Source of the DNA: Bacteroidales bacterium
GTDB taxonomy: Bacteria; Bacteroidota; Bacteroidia; Bacteroidales; Muribaculaceae
Reading direction: 5' to 3'
Assembly: GCA_030536615.1 (NCBI GenBank)
Contig: JAUNPQ010000003.1
Coordinates: 6,484 to 70,483, forward strand
Length of the DNA: 64,000 bases
The notes under the pieces are model-generated. The model searched no databases. It was not told the origin of the DNA and saw nothing but the letters and a program-made list of their open reading frames with translations. This document shows positions 19,893 to 31,121 of the stretch, piece by piece. Positions within the stretch are counted from its first letter, which is position 1. The number at the start of each line of letters is the position of its first letter. The translations under genes and the position numbers were made by a program.

Positions 19893-21998
19893 ATGGATTT
19901 CAAACTACAGTCACAATACTCCGCCACAGGTGACCAGCCGCAAGCCATACGTCAACTTGCCGAGGGCGTACGTCAGGGGCGCATGGCCCAGACCCTGCTC
20001 GGCGTTACCGGCTCGGGCAAGACCTTCACCATGGCCAACGTCATAGAGCAGGTGAAAAGGCCCACACTCATTCTCAGCCACAACAAGACTCTTGCCGCAC
20101 AGCTGTACAGCGAGTTCAAAGGTTTTTTCCCTGATAATTCCGTCCAGTATTTTGTCTCTTACTATGATTATTATCAACCGGAAGCCTATATCCCGTCAAG
20201 CGACAAATATATAGAAAAAGACCTCATGATCAATGAGGAGATAGACCGGCTGAGACTTGCAACTGTTTCCGCATTGCTGTCAGGACGTCGCGATGTGGTG
20301 GTGGTGTCATCGGTGTCATGTCTCTACGGTATGGGCAATCCGGAGGATTTTCATACAAACGTTGTTGACATAAAGGCAGGGCAGACCATAAAGCGCAACG
20401 AGTTTCTGAGGCGTCTGGTTGACTCGCTCTATTCACGCACGGAGGTTGATCTTGGCCGCGGGCAGTTCCGTGTAAAAGGCGATGTCGTTGACATACGCAT
20501 GGCCGCCGAGGACATTGGCGTCCGTGTTGTTTTCTGGGGTGACGAGATTGAATCCATACAGACATTTCACCCCGAGGACATGACAATGTACGGCCATGAG
20601 GAACAATACCGCATATATCCGGCCAACATATTCGTCACCTCGCAATACCGGCGTAACAGCGCCATAGCACAGATCCAGCTTGATCTGGGAGCACAGGTTG
20701 ACAGTTTCAACCGCGAGGGGAAAATGCTTGAGGCCCAGCGTCTCTATGAACGTACAACCTATGATGTGGAGATGCTCAAGGAAGTGGGGCACTGCTCCGG
20801 CATAGAAAACTACAGCCGCTATTTTGACGGACGCCAGCCGGGACAACGGCCGTTCTGCCTGCTGGACTATTTCCCCGATGATTTCCTCACAATTGTGGAT
20901 GAAAGCCATGTGACAATGCCGCAGGTGCGCGCAATGTACGGCGGTGACCTTTCGCGCAAGACAAACCTCGTGGAATATGGCTTCCGACTCCCCGCCGCCC
21001 TTGACAACCGGCCCTTGCGACTTGAAGAATTTGAACGGCTCACCCCACAGACAATATATGTCTCTGCAACACCTGCCGACTATGAACTTGAACGGAGCGA
21101 GGGCGTGGTGGTTGAACAGCTCATACGGCCCACCGGCTTGCTTGACCCCTCAATACGCGTACTGCCGTCACTTAACCAGATTGACCGCCTGCTTGAAGAA
21201 ATAACCCTGCGCATAGAACGCGGCGAGCGTACACTTGTCACCACACTGACAAAACGAATGGCCGAGGAACTCAATGACTACATGGCGCGTCTGGACATCA
21301 AAGCCGCATACATACACAGCGATGTACAGGCAATGGACCGTGTCAAGATTCTGGATGACCTGCGTGCCGGTGTCTATGATGTTCTTATAGGCGTAAACCT
21401 CCTGCGTGAGGGCCTTGACCTGCCCGAGGTTTCTCTGGTGGCCATACTCGATGCCGACAAAGAAGGATTTCTGCGTGACACACGCTCGCTGACTCAGACC
21501 GTGGGACGCGCCGCACGTCACCTGAACGGTGAGGTGATCATGTTTGCCGACACCATAACCGGCTCTATGCAGCGCACGATTGACGAGACCGAGCGTCGCC
21601 GCGCCATGCAGATAGCATACAATGAAGCCCACGGAATAACGCCAACAGCCATCATAAAGGCGCGCAATCCGATTGTGGGCATTGACAAGGAAGATACAAT
21701 CGAGACCCCCAATGACGCATATCGCCGTGACCGTGAGCGTCGCATGACGGCCAAAGAGCGCCGCCGCGAGGCCGAACATGGCATAAAACCATATGCAGCC
21801 TATGACAATGCACCGGTCACTGTTGCCGCAGATCCGGTTGTGGAAATGATGAATCCATCGCAACTGCGCAAGCACATAGACCGCCTGCGGCGCGACATGC
21901 TGGCGGCAGCCAAAAATATGGACTTCATGGAAGCTGCACGCCTGCGCGATGAAGCAATAAAACTGGAAGCAAAGCTGGATAAGGAAACCCTCAGTTGA
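19893..21998 (+). CDS. uvrB: Excinuclease ABC subunit UvrB
   Basis: GVTGSGKT, YYDYYQPEAY, VDESH, GINLLREGLD-like motif, C-terminal UVR coil; ATG 19893. Confidence 0.97.
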   Translation: MDFKLQSQYSATGDQPQAIRQLAEGVRQGRMAQTLLGVTGSGKTFTMANVIEQVKRPTLILSHNKTLAAQLYSEFKGFFPDNSVQYFVSYYDYYQPEAYIPSSDKYIEKDLMINEEIDRLRLATVSALLSGRRDVVVVSSVSCLYGMGNPEDFHTNVVDIKAGQTIKRNEFLRRLVDSLYSRTEVDLGRGQFRVKGDVVDIRMAAEDIGVRVVFWGDEIESIQTFHPEDMTMYGHEEQYRIYPANIFVTSQYRRNSAIAQIQLDLGAQVDSFNREGKMLEAQRLYERTTYDVEMLKEVGHCSGIENYSRYFDGRQPGQRPFCLLDYFPDDFLTIVDESHVTMPQVRAMYGGDLSRKTNLVEYGFRLPAALDNRPLRLEEFERLTPQTIYVSATPADYELERSEGVVVEQLIRPTGLLDPSIRVLPSLNQIDRLLEEITLRIERGERTLVTTLTKRMAEELNDYMARLDIKAAYIHSDVQAMDRVKILDDLRAGVYDVLIGVNLLREGLDLPEVSLVAILDADKEGFLRDTRSLTQTVGRAARHLNGEVIMFADTITGSMQRTIDETERRRAMQIAYNEAHGITPTAIIKARNPIVGIDKEDTIETPNDAYRRDRERRMTAKERRREAEHGIKPYAAYDNAPVTVAADPVVEMMNPSQLRKHIDRLRRDMLAAAKNMDFMEAARLRDEAIKLEAKLDKETLS

Positions 21999-22017
21999 TT
22001 CACGGTAAAAAAACAAC

Positions 22018-23997
22018 ATGGACGCCGCACATGACATAAAACGATATCTGCCCACATCAGTCAAGGAGATGAAAATTCTTGGCTGGGACAGCGTTGACAT
22101 TGTGCTGTTCAGCGGCGATGCCTATGTTGACCACCCTTCATTCGGGGCTGCTGTCATAGGCCGCACCCTTCTTGCAGCCGGCTATCGTGTGGCCATAGTT
22201 CCCCAGCCCAACTGGCGCGATGACCTGCGTGACTTCAAGAAATTCGGCAGACCGAGATTGTTTTTCGGAGTGTCGGCCGGTGCCATGGACTCAATGGTCA
22301 ATCACTATACTGCCGCCCGGCGACGCCGCAGCGATGACGCCTACACCCCCGACGGCCGCGCCGGAATGCGCCCTGACTACCCTACAATTGTATATTCAGA
22401 CATTCTCAAAAATCTGTTTCCTGACGTTCCCGTTATCGCCGGCGGCATTGAGGCTTCTTTGCGGCGTGTGTCACACTATGACTACTGGCAGGACCGCCTG
22501 CGACCCTCAATCATCGCCGACTGCCGTGCTGACATGCTCATATACGGCATGGGAGAGCGGGCAATTAAAGAGATCGCCCAGCGGTTGGATGCCGGAGAGC
22601 ACATTGACACCATCACCGATGTGCGCCAGACCGTCGTACGATGTCCGCTGTCAGAAATACCTGATCAGACAACCGGCGCCGATGTTGTCCTTGCGCCATG
22701 GCAGACTGTGAAAACTGACCGGGTTGCCCAGAGCCTCAACTTCAGACATGTTGAGGAAGAATCAAACTCACGCAACGGCGGCCGTACAATATGGCAGGGT
22801 CATGACAACTTCGCCGTGAAGATTAATCCGATGTACCCGGCAATGACACAGGGAGAGATTGACGAATCATTTGACCTCCCCTATACACGGCTGCCACATC
22901 CACGCTATGCCGGCAAACGCATTCCGGCCTACGAGATGATACGCCATTCCGTTAACCTGCACAGAGGATGTTTTGGCGGATGTGCGTTCTGCACCATCTC
23001 GGCGCATCAGGGAAAGTTTATCGCCTCACGGTCAAAACAGTCCATTATGCGCGAGGTAAAAGCCGTGACAGAGATGCCTGATTTCAAGGGATATATATCT
23101 GACCTTGGGGGGCCGTCGGCAAACATGTACGGTATGCATGGCAAAAAGGAGACAGCCTGCGCGGCATGCCGGCGTCCGTCATGCCTGCATCCGCAGGTAT
23201 GCCCCAATCTTGACACCGACCATTCCGGACTTCTGGACATATACCACAGTGTGGATGCACTGCCTGAGGTGAAAAAATCATTTATTGGCAGCGGAGTGCG
23301 CTACGACCTGTCCATGCATGCCACCGGAGACGCCCGCGTTGACGCCGTTAACCGCCGTTACAATGAAGAACTCATAGAGCGCCATGTGTCCGGCCGACTG
23401 AAAGTTGCCCCGGAACATACCGAGGACAATGTGCTTGAGGTGATGCGCAAACCATCATTTGAGCTGTTCTACCGTTTCAAGGAAATTTTTGACCGTGTGA
23501 ACCAACGCACCGGCAAACGTCAGCAGCTCATTCCGTATTTCATATCAAGCCATCCGGGATGCACCGAGGAAAACATGGCCATGCTGGCCGCCCGCACCAA
23601 AGAGCTTGACATGCATCTGGAGCAGATTCAGGATTTCACACCCACCCCAATGACGGTGGCTACAGAAATATATTACTCAAGTGTCCATCCCTACACCGGG
23701 CAGCACATCTACACCCCCGTGACAGCCGAGCAGAAACTTGCACAACGCAAATATTTCTTCTGGTATGACAAGACATACCGCGATGACATAATCGGCTCTT
23801 TGCAGCGCATGCACCGTCCCGATCTCATCCGCGCGCTCTATCCCGGCAGGCCTTATCCGAGCCATACGATAAGCCAAAAAACTATCAGACACGACAATAA
23901 TAAATCAAAAACATCACATAATGAATATCAGCAAAAGTCTCACCATGACAGCCACAGCACTGCTGCTAACGGCATCAGGCGCAAACGCCGCCGCTGA
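22018..23997 (+). CDS. YgiQ family radical SAM protein
   Basis: DAYVDHPSFG, RGCFGGCAFC (CxxxCxxC), DLGGPSANMY, QDFTPTPMT. Confidence 0.9.
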   Translation: MDAAHDIKRYLPTSVKEMKILGWDSVDIVLFSGDAYVDHPSFGAAVIGRTLLAAGYRVAIVPQPNWRDDLRDFKKFGRPRLFFGVSAGAMDSMVNHYTAARRRRSDDAYTPDGRAGMRPDYPTIVYSDILKNLFPDVPVIAGGIEASLRRVSHYDYWQDRLRPSIIADCRADMLIYGMGERAIKEIAQRLDAGEHIDTITDVRQTVVRCPLSEIPDQTTGADVVLAPWQTVKTDRVAQSLNFRHVEEESNSRNGGRTIWQGHDNFAVKINPMYPAMTQGEIDESFDLPYTRLPHPRYAGKRIPAYEMIRHSVNLHRGCFGGCAFCTISAHQGKFIASRSKQSIMREVKAVTEMPDFKGYISDLGGPSANMYGMHGKKETACAACRRPSCLHPQVCPNLDTDHSGLLDIYHSVDALPEVKKSFIGSGVRYDLSMHATGDARVDAVNRRYNEELIERHVSGRLKVAPEHTEDNVLEVMRKPSFELFYRFKEIFDRVNQRTGKRQQLIPYFISSHPGCTEENMAMLAARTKELDMHLEQIQDFTPTPMTVATEIYYSSVHPYTGQHIYTPVTAEQKLAQRKYFFWYDKTYRDDIIGSLQRMHRPDLIRALYPGRPYPSHTISQKTIRHDNNKSKTSHNEYQQKSHHDSHSTAANGIRRKRRR

Positions 23998-26035
23998 CGC
24001 CACAAACACGGATCCGGTCATAGATCGTCCTGACTTCAAGACTTCAACAGGAATTTTCGATGTAGACGCCCTGATGGCATGCGGACGCATCGGAGCGCCT
24101 GTCCTGTCACCAGACGGCAAATATGCTCTCTATTCGGTATCATATACCGATGTGGCCCAAAACCGATCAAATGCAGACCTGTACATCACACGCATAGACA
24201 GCCCCGCGGACACGCAGCGCATCACGCGCACGCCCAAATCTGAAAGCGGAGCCATGTTCATGGCTGACGGCAAGCAGATCGCGTTTATCTATGCCGATAA
24301 CAACGGAGTGCCGCAACTGTGGATCATGAATACCGATGGCACAGACCGCCGCTGTCTGACATCGCTTGAGAAAGGTGTAAACGGATTCCTTTTTTCACCT
24401 GACGAAAAAAAAGTAATGCTCATAGGTAATGTGAAATACTCACGCGAGGCATCAGATATCTATCCGGACCTGCCCAAAGCCACCGGCCGTGTGATTGATG
24501 ATCTCATGTACAAACACTGGGACGAATGGGTCACTGAGATTCCGCATCCATTCATCGGAGCATTTGACGGCAACGAGATCACCGGCCTGACTGACATAAT
24601 GGCAGATGAACCTTATGAGGCACCGATGAAACCCTTTGGAGGCATCGAGTCTTTTGCATGGACAAAAGATTCAAGAGGTATTGTTTACGTGTCGCGCAAA
24701 AAGACAGGCGTTGACTATGCCGTGTCCACAAACAGTGACCTCTATCTCTACGATACCGAGAGCGGCGATACACGCAATCTCACTGAAGGGATGGCCGGTT
24801 ATGACACCGCTCCGCAGTTCTCGCCCGACGGACGTTACCTGTCATGGCTCTCCATGGAACGCGACGGCTATGAGGCTGACAAGAACCGCCTGTTCATCAT
24901 GGACATGCAGACGGGAGTCAAAACTGACCTGACCACAGACTGGGACTACACCATAGAGGAATTTGCATGGCGTCCGGACTCACGGGCCATCTATTTCGCC
25001 GCCTATCAGAACGGTGTGATGCCCCTGTTCCGCATTGACCTCAAGACTCGCCGGATAGATACCGTCACTGATGGCATCTATGACTGGCACACCATTGCAC
25101 CCATAGGCAATGACGCGCTGCTGACCATGCGCCACAACATGACGCGTCCCGATGAAATATTCAAGGTGTCCCTTAAGAAAAAAGGCGCTGACGCTGTAGC
25201 CGTCACTGATGTGAACGGGCATATCTTCGCACAGCTCACCCCTCCCGTGGTAGAAAAACGCATGGTCCCGACCACTGACGGCAAAGAAATGCTGACTTGG
25301 ATAGTATACCCACCGCACTATGACGCCGCAAAAAAATATCCTGCCATTCTCTATTGTCAGGGCGGTCCGCAGAGCGCGGTCAGCCAGTTCTGGAGCTACC
25401 GGTGGAACTTTGACCTCATGGCATCCAACGGATATATCATGATCGCTCCCAATCGCCGCGGTGTTCCCGGCTTCGGCACGGAGTGGGAGGAACAGATCTC
25501 AAAAGACTATCCCGGACAGAACATGCAGGACTATCTCAGCGCCGTTGACTATGCAAAAGCCAACATCCCGGCAATAGACCATGACAAGATAGGCTGCACA
25601 GGCGCAAGCTACGGCGGCTTTTCCACTTACTGGCTCGCCGGAAACCATGACCACCGTTTTGCCGCTTTCTTTGCCCATGCCGGCATATTCAATACTGTTG
25701 CACAATATCTTGAGACTGAGGAGATGTGGTTTGCCAACTGGGATATGGGCGGCGCCTACTGGGAGAAAGACAATGCCGCCGCACAACGCACTTTCGCTGC
25801 ATCACCACACCTGTTTGTGGACAAATGGGACACTCCGATAATGGTCAGCCACGGAGAATATGATTTCCGCATACTCGCCTCACAGGGAATGGCCGCCTTC
25901 AATGCTGCCAAACTACGTGGCATACCGGCCGAGATGGTGATTTTCCCCGATGAATGCCACTGGATCCAGAAACCTCAGAACGCTGTGTTGTGGCATCGTC
26001 TCTTCAAACGCTGGTTTGACCGATGGCTCAAATGA
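23921..26035 (+). CDS. S9 family peptidase (dipeptidyl-peptidase 5-like)
   Basis: Signal peptide, PD40-like propeller, GGPQS, GASYGG nucleophile, DFRI, FPDECHW. Confidence 0.85.
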   Translation: MNISKSLTMTATALLLTASGANAAADATNTDPVIDRPDFKTSTGIFDVDALMACGRIGAPVLSPDGKYALYSVSYTDVAQNRSNADLYITRIDSPADTQRITRTPKSESGAMFMADGKQIAFIYADNNGVPQLWIMNTDGTDRRCLTSLEKGVNGFLFSPDEKKVMLIGNVKYSREASDIYPDLPKATGRVIDDLMYKHWDEWVTEIPHPFIGAFDGNEITGLTDIMADEPYEAPMKPFGGIESFAWTKDSRGIVYVSRKKTGVDYAVSTNSDLYLYDTESGDTRNLTEGMAGYDTAPQFSPDGRYLSWLSMERDGYEADKNRLFIMDMQTGVKTDLTTDWDYTIEEFAWRPDSRAIYFAAYQNGVMPLFRIDLKTRRIDTVTDGIYDWHTIAPIGNDALLTMRHNMTRPDEIFKVSLKKKGADAVAVTDVNGHIFAQLTPPVVEKRMVPTTDGKEMLTWIVYPPHYDAAKKYPAILYCQGGPQSAVSQFWSYRWNFDLMASNGYIMIAPNRRGVPGFGTEWEEQISKDYPGQNMQDYLSAVDYAKANIPAIDHDKIGCTGASYGGFSTYWLAGNHDHRFAAFFAHAGIFNTVAQYLETEEMWFANWDMGGAYWEKDNAAAQRTFAASPHLFVDKWDTPIMVSHGEYDFRILASQGMAAFNAAKLRGIPAEMVIFPDECHWIQKPQNAVLWHRLFKRWFDRWLK

Positions 26036-26038
26036 CCT

Positions 26039-26551
26039 ATGTCCAAGACAAGTCTGAAAAAAGAGCTTGCCACGCTCAGCGACACGCAGTTGCGTGAGCT
26101 CATTCTGGATGTCTATACGGCCCGTAAAGAGGCCCGTGACTATTTTGAGTTTTTTCTTGACCCCGATGTTGAAAAACTCACGGACAAGACATGGCGTCTG
26201 ATTGAGAAAGAAATGGGTAGGAGCAAACGCGGCTATCTGGCCTGCCGCTTCTCACATATCATGAAGATGCTGAAAGACTATGAAAGTTTCGGACCCGGCG
26301 CCGACAACGTTCTTTCACTCATGATACGGACTTTCACCCTGGCATTGTTCTATGAAAAGACTTATCTGTGCAAGCCCGCATTCCAGAACGGTACCGCACG
26401 CCTCTATTCACGCATAATGGATTTTGCCGAAAAACATCTGCTCTTTGACACCACATTGTCCCGCACCTCCGAATCAATCAGTCAGAACGCATCACGGATA
26501 ATGCGCAACCGGCTTAAAGAAATATTAGAATCACGAACGCCCGATGTTTAG
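26039..26551 (+). CDS. Hypothetical protein, DUF6155-like
   Basis: MSKTSLKKEL...LILDVY...YFEFFLDPD pattern recalled; unverified. Confidence 0.55.
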   Translation: MSKTSLKKELATLSDTQLRELILDVYTARKEARDYFEFFLDPDVEKLTDKTWRLIEKEMGRSKRGYLACRFSHIMKMLKDYESFGPGADNVLSLMIRTFTLALFYEKTYLCKPAFQNGTARLYSRIMDFAEKHLLFDTTLSRTSESISQNASRIMRNRLKEILESRTPDV

Positions 26552-28559
26552 AAAACCCCTGATCCTTATCACTGCCGCCGTAGCGCTTATTCCGGTGACC
26601 GGCGCACAGACATTGTCCACCCCCGACGGAGATGTGGGCATGGGCACACATTCACACCAACATGCCAAAATGCCGGTCATCGCCCCTTCAACGGCATGGA
26701 CAGTGCTGCCTCCTCTGGGATTGCGCGAACCGGCCACAATCGACACCCTTTTCGAGAACTATTCACGGCAGTCTGTGCCGGGAGAAGTCACTGATGCCTA
26801 TGTCACCACAGGCAATCTCGGCGCCGAAGGAGAAAACCTGATATGGCTTGACCGGCGTCCGCGCAGCGAGTTCTTTTTCCGTGACGCATTGCGTGCATGG
26901 CTGCCTGACATAGAGACACAGAAATTCTACAACACCCGCATGCCGATGACCTTGCTGAGCTACAATGCATCCGGAGGAAAGGAAAATGCACAGGAACGTC
27001 TTAAAGGTATTTTCTCAGGCAACATAAACCGCCGCGCACAAGTGGGTGCGCTGCTTGACTACATTTATTCAAAGGGTTCATACAACAACCAGGCAGACAA
27101 AGACCTGATATGGGGCATCAATGGCTCATACATGGGTGACCGTTTTGAATTCCAGGGCATATACAACCACTACAACATGCTCAACAAGGAAAACGGCGGA
27201 ATAACCAATGATGACTATATCCTTGACCCCGAGAAAGTTCAGGCAGGCATGACATCAGTTGACGCCAAGGCGATCCCGACACGCCTCAGTGCCGCCCATA
27301 CACGCATTGTAGGCGGCGAACTGATGCTCAACAGCCGCTATAAAGTCGGTTACTGGCATGAGGAAGAAGTGAATGATACCACCGTACGGCGCACCTATAT
27401 ACCCGTATCCTCCTTTATCTGGACACTCAACTATCGTCAGGCACGCCATATCTTCACAGACAATGCTCCGGGAGAACTGACACAGTTTTTTGAGAACACC
27501 TATCTTGACCCGTCCAAAACTTATGACAAGACAACCTACTGGACTCTACAGAACACGTTCGGCATCTCATTGCTTGAAGGTTTCCATAAATATGCCAAGT
27601 TCGGGTTGTCGGCATACGTCACCCATGAGATACGGCGATATCACCAGACACCTGACACCCTTGACCGTTCAGAACTGAACCTGACGCCGCTTCCGGGTAA
27701 TTACAGCAGTATTTCCCCGCGGCTTACGCAAAATCTGCTGTGGGCAGGCGCCCAGTTGACAAAACAGAAAGGCACACTGCTGACATATGAAGCAACCGCA
27801 CGTTTCGGGCTGGTCGGTCCGGCTGCCGGAGATGTCCTTGCCGAAGGAAACGTAGGTTCACGATTCCGTCTGCTGGGTGACACGGTGAGTGTCCGGGCAT
27901 TCGGACGTTTCAGCAATGAGCATCCTTCACCGCTGCTTAACGAATATGTATCCAACCATTTCATATGGAAAAACAATTTCGGCAAAGAACGCAGTCTGAA
28001 ACTTGGCGGTATGCTCTCAATTCCACATACAGGCACCACCATAGACGCCGGTGTTGAGAACATCCAGAACCGCATCTACTTCGGCAATGACTTTGTGCCC
28101 GTGCAACACTCAGGAAGCGTACAGGTGTTCTCGGCACGGCTCAGACAGAAACTGAGAGTGGGAATACTGAACTGGGACAACACTGTAACCTACCAGACTT
28201 CTGGAAATGAAAAGGTCATATCGTTGCCCAAGCTTGCCGTTTATTCAAACCTGTACATTTTGTTCCACATAGCCACTCTGAAAGTCCAGTTTGGTCTGGA
28301 TTGCGATTATTACACCAAGTATTACTCGCCCATCTATCAGCCTGCCACCATGACATTCGCAACACAGCAGACCACCAAAGTGGGCAATTATCCGTTCATG
28401 AACCTGTATGCCAACATGAAACTCAGCAAAGTACGCTTCTATGTGATGATGTCACATATAAATCAGGGAATGACCGGCAAAAACTATTTCTCGATGCCGG
28501 GGTACCCGTTGAATCCAAGACGGTTCCAGCTGGGGCTGTCTGTTGACTTTGCAAACTGA
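26544..28559 (+). CDS. Putative porin (Bacteroidetes Porin_10-like outer-membrane protein)
   Basis: FYNTRMPMT, large beta-barrel, C-terminal FQLGLSVDFAN. Confidence 0.75.
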   Translation: MFRKPLILITAAVALIPVTGAQTLSTPDGDVGMGTHSHQHAKMPVIAPSTAWTVLPPLGLREPATIDTLFENYSRQSVPGEVTDAYVTTGNLGAEGENLIWLDRRPRSEFFFRDALRAWLPDIETQKFYNTRMPMTLLSYNASGGKENAQERLKGIFSGNINRRAQVGALLDYIYSKGSYNNQADKDLIWGINGSYMGDRFEFQGIYNHYNMLNKENGGITNDDYILDPEKVQAGMTSVDAKAIPTRLSAAHTRIVGGELMLNSRYKVGYWHEEEVNDTTVRRTYIPVSSFIWTLNYRQARHIFTDNAPGELTQFFENTYLDPSKTYDKTTYWTLQNTFGISLLEGFHKYAKFGLSAYVTHEIRRYHQTPDTLDRSELNLTPLPGNYSSISPRLTQNLLWAGAQLTKQKGTLLTYEATARFGLVGPAAGDVLAEGNVGSRFRLLGDTVSVRAFGRFSNEHPSPLLNEYVSNHFIWKNNFGKERSLKLGGMLSIPHTGTTIDAGVENIQNRIYFGNDFVPVQHSGSVQVFSARLRQKLRVGILNWDNTVTYQTSGNEKVISLPKLAVYSNLYILFHIATLKVQFGLDCDYYTKYYSPIYQPATMTFATQQTTKVGNYPFMNLYANMKLSKVRFYVMMSHINQGMTGKNYFSMPGYPLNPRRFQLGLSVDFAN

Positions 28560-28562
28560 TCC

Positions 28563-29417
28563 ATGCTGACGTCCAACAAACAGCCATCAAAGACGCCGAG
28601 ACCCCGCGTACCGCGGCCTGCCACGCTGATAATTGCACTGATTGTGGCAGTCGGCGCCATGTTCTTTGCAAAGAAATGCTCGCATTCCGCTGAATCGCCG
28701 TTCACGTCATCGCTCCCGGCAAAGTCAGGAGGAGATACTTTGGATATAGCCATAGAGATCTCGCCATTGTCTTATTCTCTGGCAGGTGACACTGTCTGCG
28801 GACTTGACTATGACATTCTGCGTGAAATGGCATCCATCCACAGGCGCCCCGTGAAGTTTCATCCTTTCGCTCCGATGGACTATGCTGTCAGAGGCCTTGA
28901 TGAGGGCAATTTTGATCTGCTTGTTTCATCCTTGCCGTCTACAGCTGCGCTCAAGAACCGTTTCGCCCTTACGGATCAGGTGTACCTTGACCGCGAAATC
29001 CTTGTACAACAACGTGATGCCGCAAAAAAGATAACAGAGGCACATGCTCTTGCCGGTGACACGGTGTGGATAGCTGCCGGCTCACCGCTTGCCGGTCGCA
29101 TCCGCAACTTAGCAGCTGAGATTGGTGATACCATACATATAATCCAGAACCATCCTTACACCTCCGAGCATCTTGTGATGCTTGTGGCCGCAGGTGAAAT
29201 TCCCCGGGCAGTGGTCAACGAAGGCCTTGCACTGAGCATGGCAGCCACCGACACACGTCTTGACGTCACTACCCCTGTAAGTTTCACCCAGTTCCAGACA
29301 TGGGCGTTGCGCAAGGACAACACCGCCTTGCGTGACACAATCAACGGATGGTTAAAGTCTTTCCAGGCCACAGACCGCTACAACAAACTCACACAACGCT
29401 ACCTTTCAGCAGACTAA
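28563..29417 (+). CDS. Extracellular solute-binding protein family 3 (MltF N-terminal-like)
   Basis: GLDYDIL, WALRK, N-terminal anchor; no transglycosylase domain. Confidence 0.7.
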   Translation: MLTSNKQPSKTPRPRVPRPATLIIALIVAVGAMFFAKKCSHSAESPFTSSLPAKSGGDTLDIAIEISPLSYSLAGDTVCGLDYDILREMASIHRRPVKFHPFAPMDYAVRGLDEGNFDLLVSSLPSTAALKNRFALTDQVYLDREILVQQRDAAKKITEAHALAGDTVWIAAGSPLAGRIRNLAAEIGDTIHIIQNHPYTSEHLVMLVAAGEIPRAVVNEGLALSMAATDTRLDVTTPVSFTQFQTWALRKDNTALRDTINGWLKSFQATDRYNKLTQRYLSAD

Positions 29418-29485
29418 CTGCGGCAAACTGTTCTCGGATACATGTCCTCTGCAAGCCGACATTGGCATACCGGCGTGGTCAAAAA

Positions 29486-31096
29486 TTATGGATTCAGGAG
29501 CCGCCCGTACTCACCGGGGTCACTGATTATGCGCAGCGCCGCCTTGAATTCATTGCTGAGGGGGTTAATAGCCCGCATATAAGAACCGTTGTCATAAAGG
29601 TCTCTTTCAAGGAGGCCTTTCATTATTGCCTCCAGAATTGGGCGTGATGTTGCAAGCTGTTCCTCATTGAGTTTCACTTCGGCTTTCTCGCCGGCGGCAA
29701 CAAGGCCGTCAACAAGGGGCGATGCGCTGAACGAGGCCGAGAAATCGTCCTCCACAGGATATTCTTTAAGCAATTCGCGCCGATGAGTGTCAAGATAATC
29801 AGTGATATAAGTGTTTATCACATTCTTGGCCATGAGGTCACGGTAGTAGGGTGTATAATAGGTTGTGTCAACCGGGACAAAGAAATCGGGCATAATGCCT
29901 CCACCACCATAGACAGTTCGTTTGTTGTTGAGTGTCTCGAATTTCTGCGACGGATCAAAATGGATGGAATCAGCACTCCATAGCTCACCGCTTTTGTAGC
30001 GCGAGAGCATATCCAGATGATACTCTTCGGTATGCCCTTTGGCATAATGTTTCTGTATACAACGCCCGCTGGGGGTATAATATCGTGCTGTTGTGAGGCG
30101 AATCATAGAGCCGTCGGGGAACGGGAATGGTCTCTGCACAAGGCCCTTGCCAAAAGTACGACGTCCCACAATCACTGCGCGGTCATGGTCCTGAAGCGCT
30201 CCGCTGACAATCTCACTGGCCGAGGCTGAATACTGGTTCACAAGCACCACAATACGGTCTATGTCCTCATTGTCGGCATTGTCGGCATAAAGGCCCTGAG
30301 GCTCCTGGTGCATGCCGCGGGTATAGACCACCGGTGAACCGAGTTTCAGAAACAGCGAGGCTACATCCTTGGCTGCGCCGAGATAGCCGCCTCCATTGTC
30401 CTCAAGATCAAGGATGAGATTACGCATTCCCTGAGCTTTCAGGCGCGCTATGGCGTCTTTCACTTCCTGACCGGTAGCCTCCGCAAATCGTGTCACACGG
30501 ATATAACCCGTCTCAGGTGCGGCCATGTACACGGCATCGACACTATAAATGGGTATATCATCGCGGATAATGCGGAACTCAATCAGTTCATCGGGCGACG
30601 ATGCGCGGCGTACTTTGAGATTGGCCACAGTACCCTTTGGACCTCTCAACTTTTTGTGCACATCCGGGATGGAAATGCCCTTGAATGTGAAGATAGAGTC
30701 ATTCACATATATTATACGGTCACCAGGAAGCAGCCCGACTTTTTCCGACGGACCCCCGTTTATTGTCTGCACCACGCATACCGTGTCACGGACAATGGAG
30801 AACTGAACGCCTATGCCACTGAATTTACCTTCAAGCGGCTGGTTGAGTTCCTGCGTCTCTTTAGGCGTGGAATAGGCCGAATGCGGGTCAAGGGTCTTTA
30901 GCATGGCTTTTATGGCCTCGGTGACAAGGCTGTCAGAGTTCACATCCTCAACATAATAGTTTTCAATTATACCCTCGGCATAACGCAGTTTCTGGTCAGG
31001 CGTGAATGTGATGTTACGGCCGGCAAAATGATTCGCTCCATATGACATAACTGCCAAGAGCGACGCCAATATGACTGTCAGTATGTATTTCTTCAT
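29486..31096 (-). CDS. S41 carboxy-terminal processing protease (PDZ plus S41)
   Basis: LDPHSAY, GIGV PDZ, DLEDNGGG, SASASEIVSGALQDHDR, FGKGLVQ; ATG 31096. Confidence 0.9.
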   Translation of the reverse strand: MKKYILTVILASLLAVMSYGANHFAGRNITFTPDQKLRYAEGIIENYYVEDVNSDSLVTEAIKAMLKTLDPHSAYSTPKETQELNQPLEGKFSGIGVQFSIVRDTVCVVQTINGGPSEKVGLLPGDRIIYVNDSIFTFKGISIPDVHKKLRGPKGTVANLKVRRASSPDELIEFRIIRDDIPIYSVDAVYMAAPETGYIRVTRFAEATGQEVKDAIARLKAQGMRNLILDLEDNGGGYLGAAKDVASLFLKLGSPVVYTRGMHQEPQGLYADNADNEDIDRIVVLVNQYSASASEIVSGALQDHDRAVIVGRRTFGKGLVQRPFPFPDGSMIRLTTARYYTPSGRCIQKHYAKGHTEEYHLDMLSRYKSGELWSADSIHFDPSQKFETLNNKRTVYGGGGIMPDFFVPVDTTYYTPYYRDLMAKNVINTYITDYLDTHRRELLKEYPVEDDFSASFSASPLVDGLVAAGEKAEVKLNEEQLATSRPILEAIMKGLLERDLYDNGSYMRAINPLSNEFKAALRIISDPGEYGRLLNP

Positions 31097-31121
31097 TGTC
31101 TGTTTTCTATGTGATGTGTGT

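Noticed and set aside
23921-23997. 77-nt overlap between ygiQ and the S9 peptidase
   Set aside because: The overlapping YgiQ tail is low-complexity and outside the catalytic domain; no slippery site or frameshift evidence.
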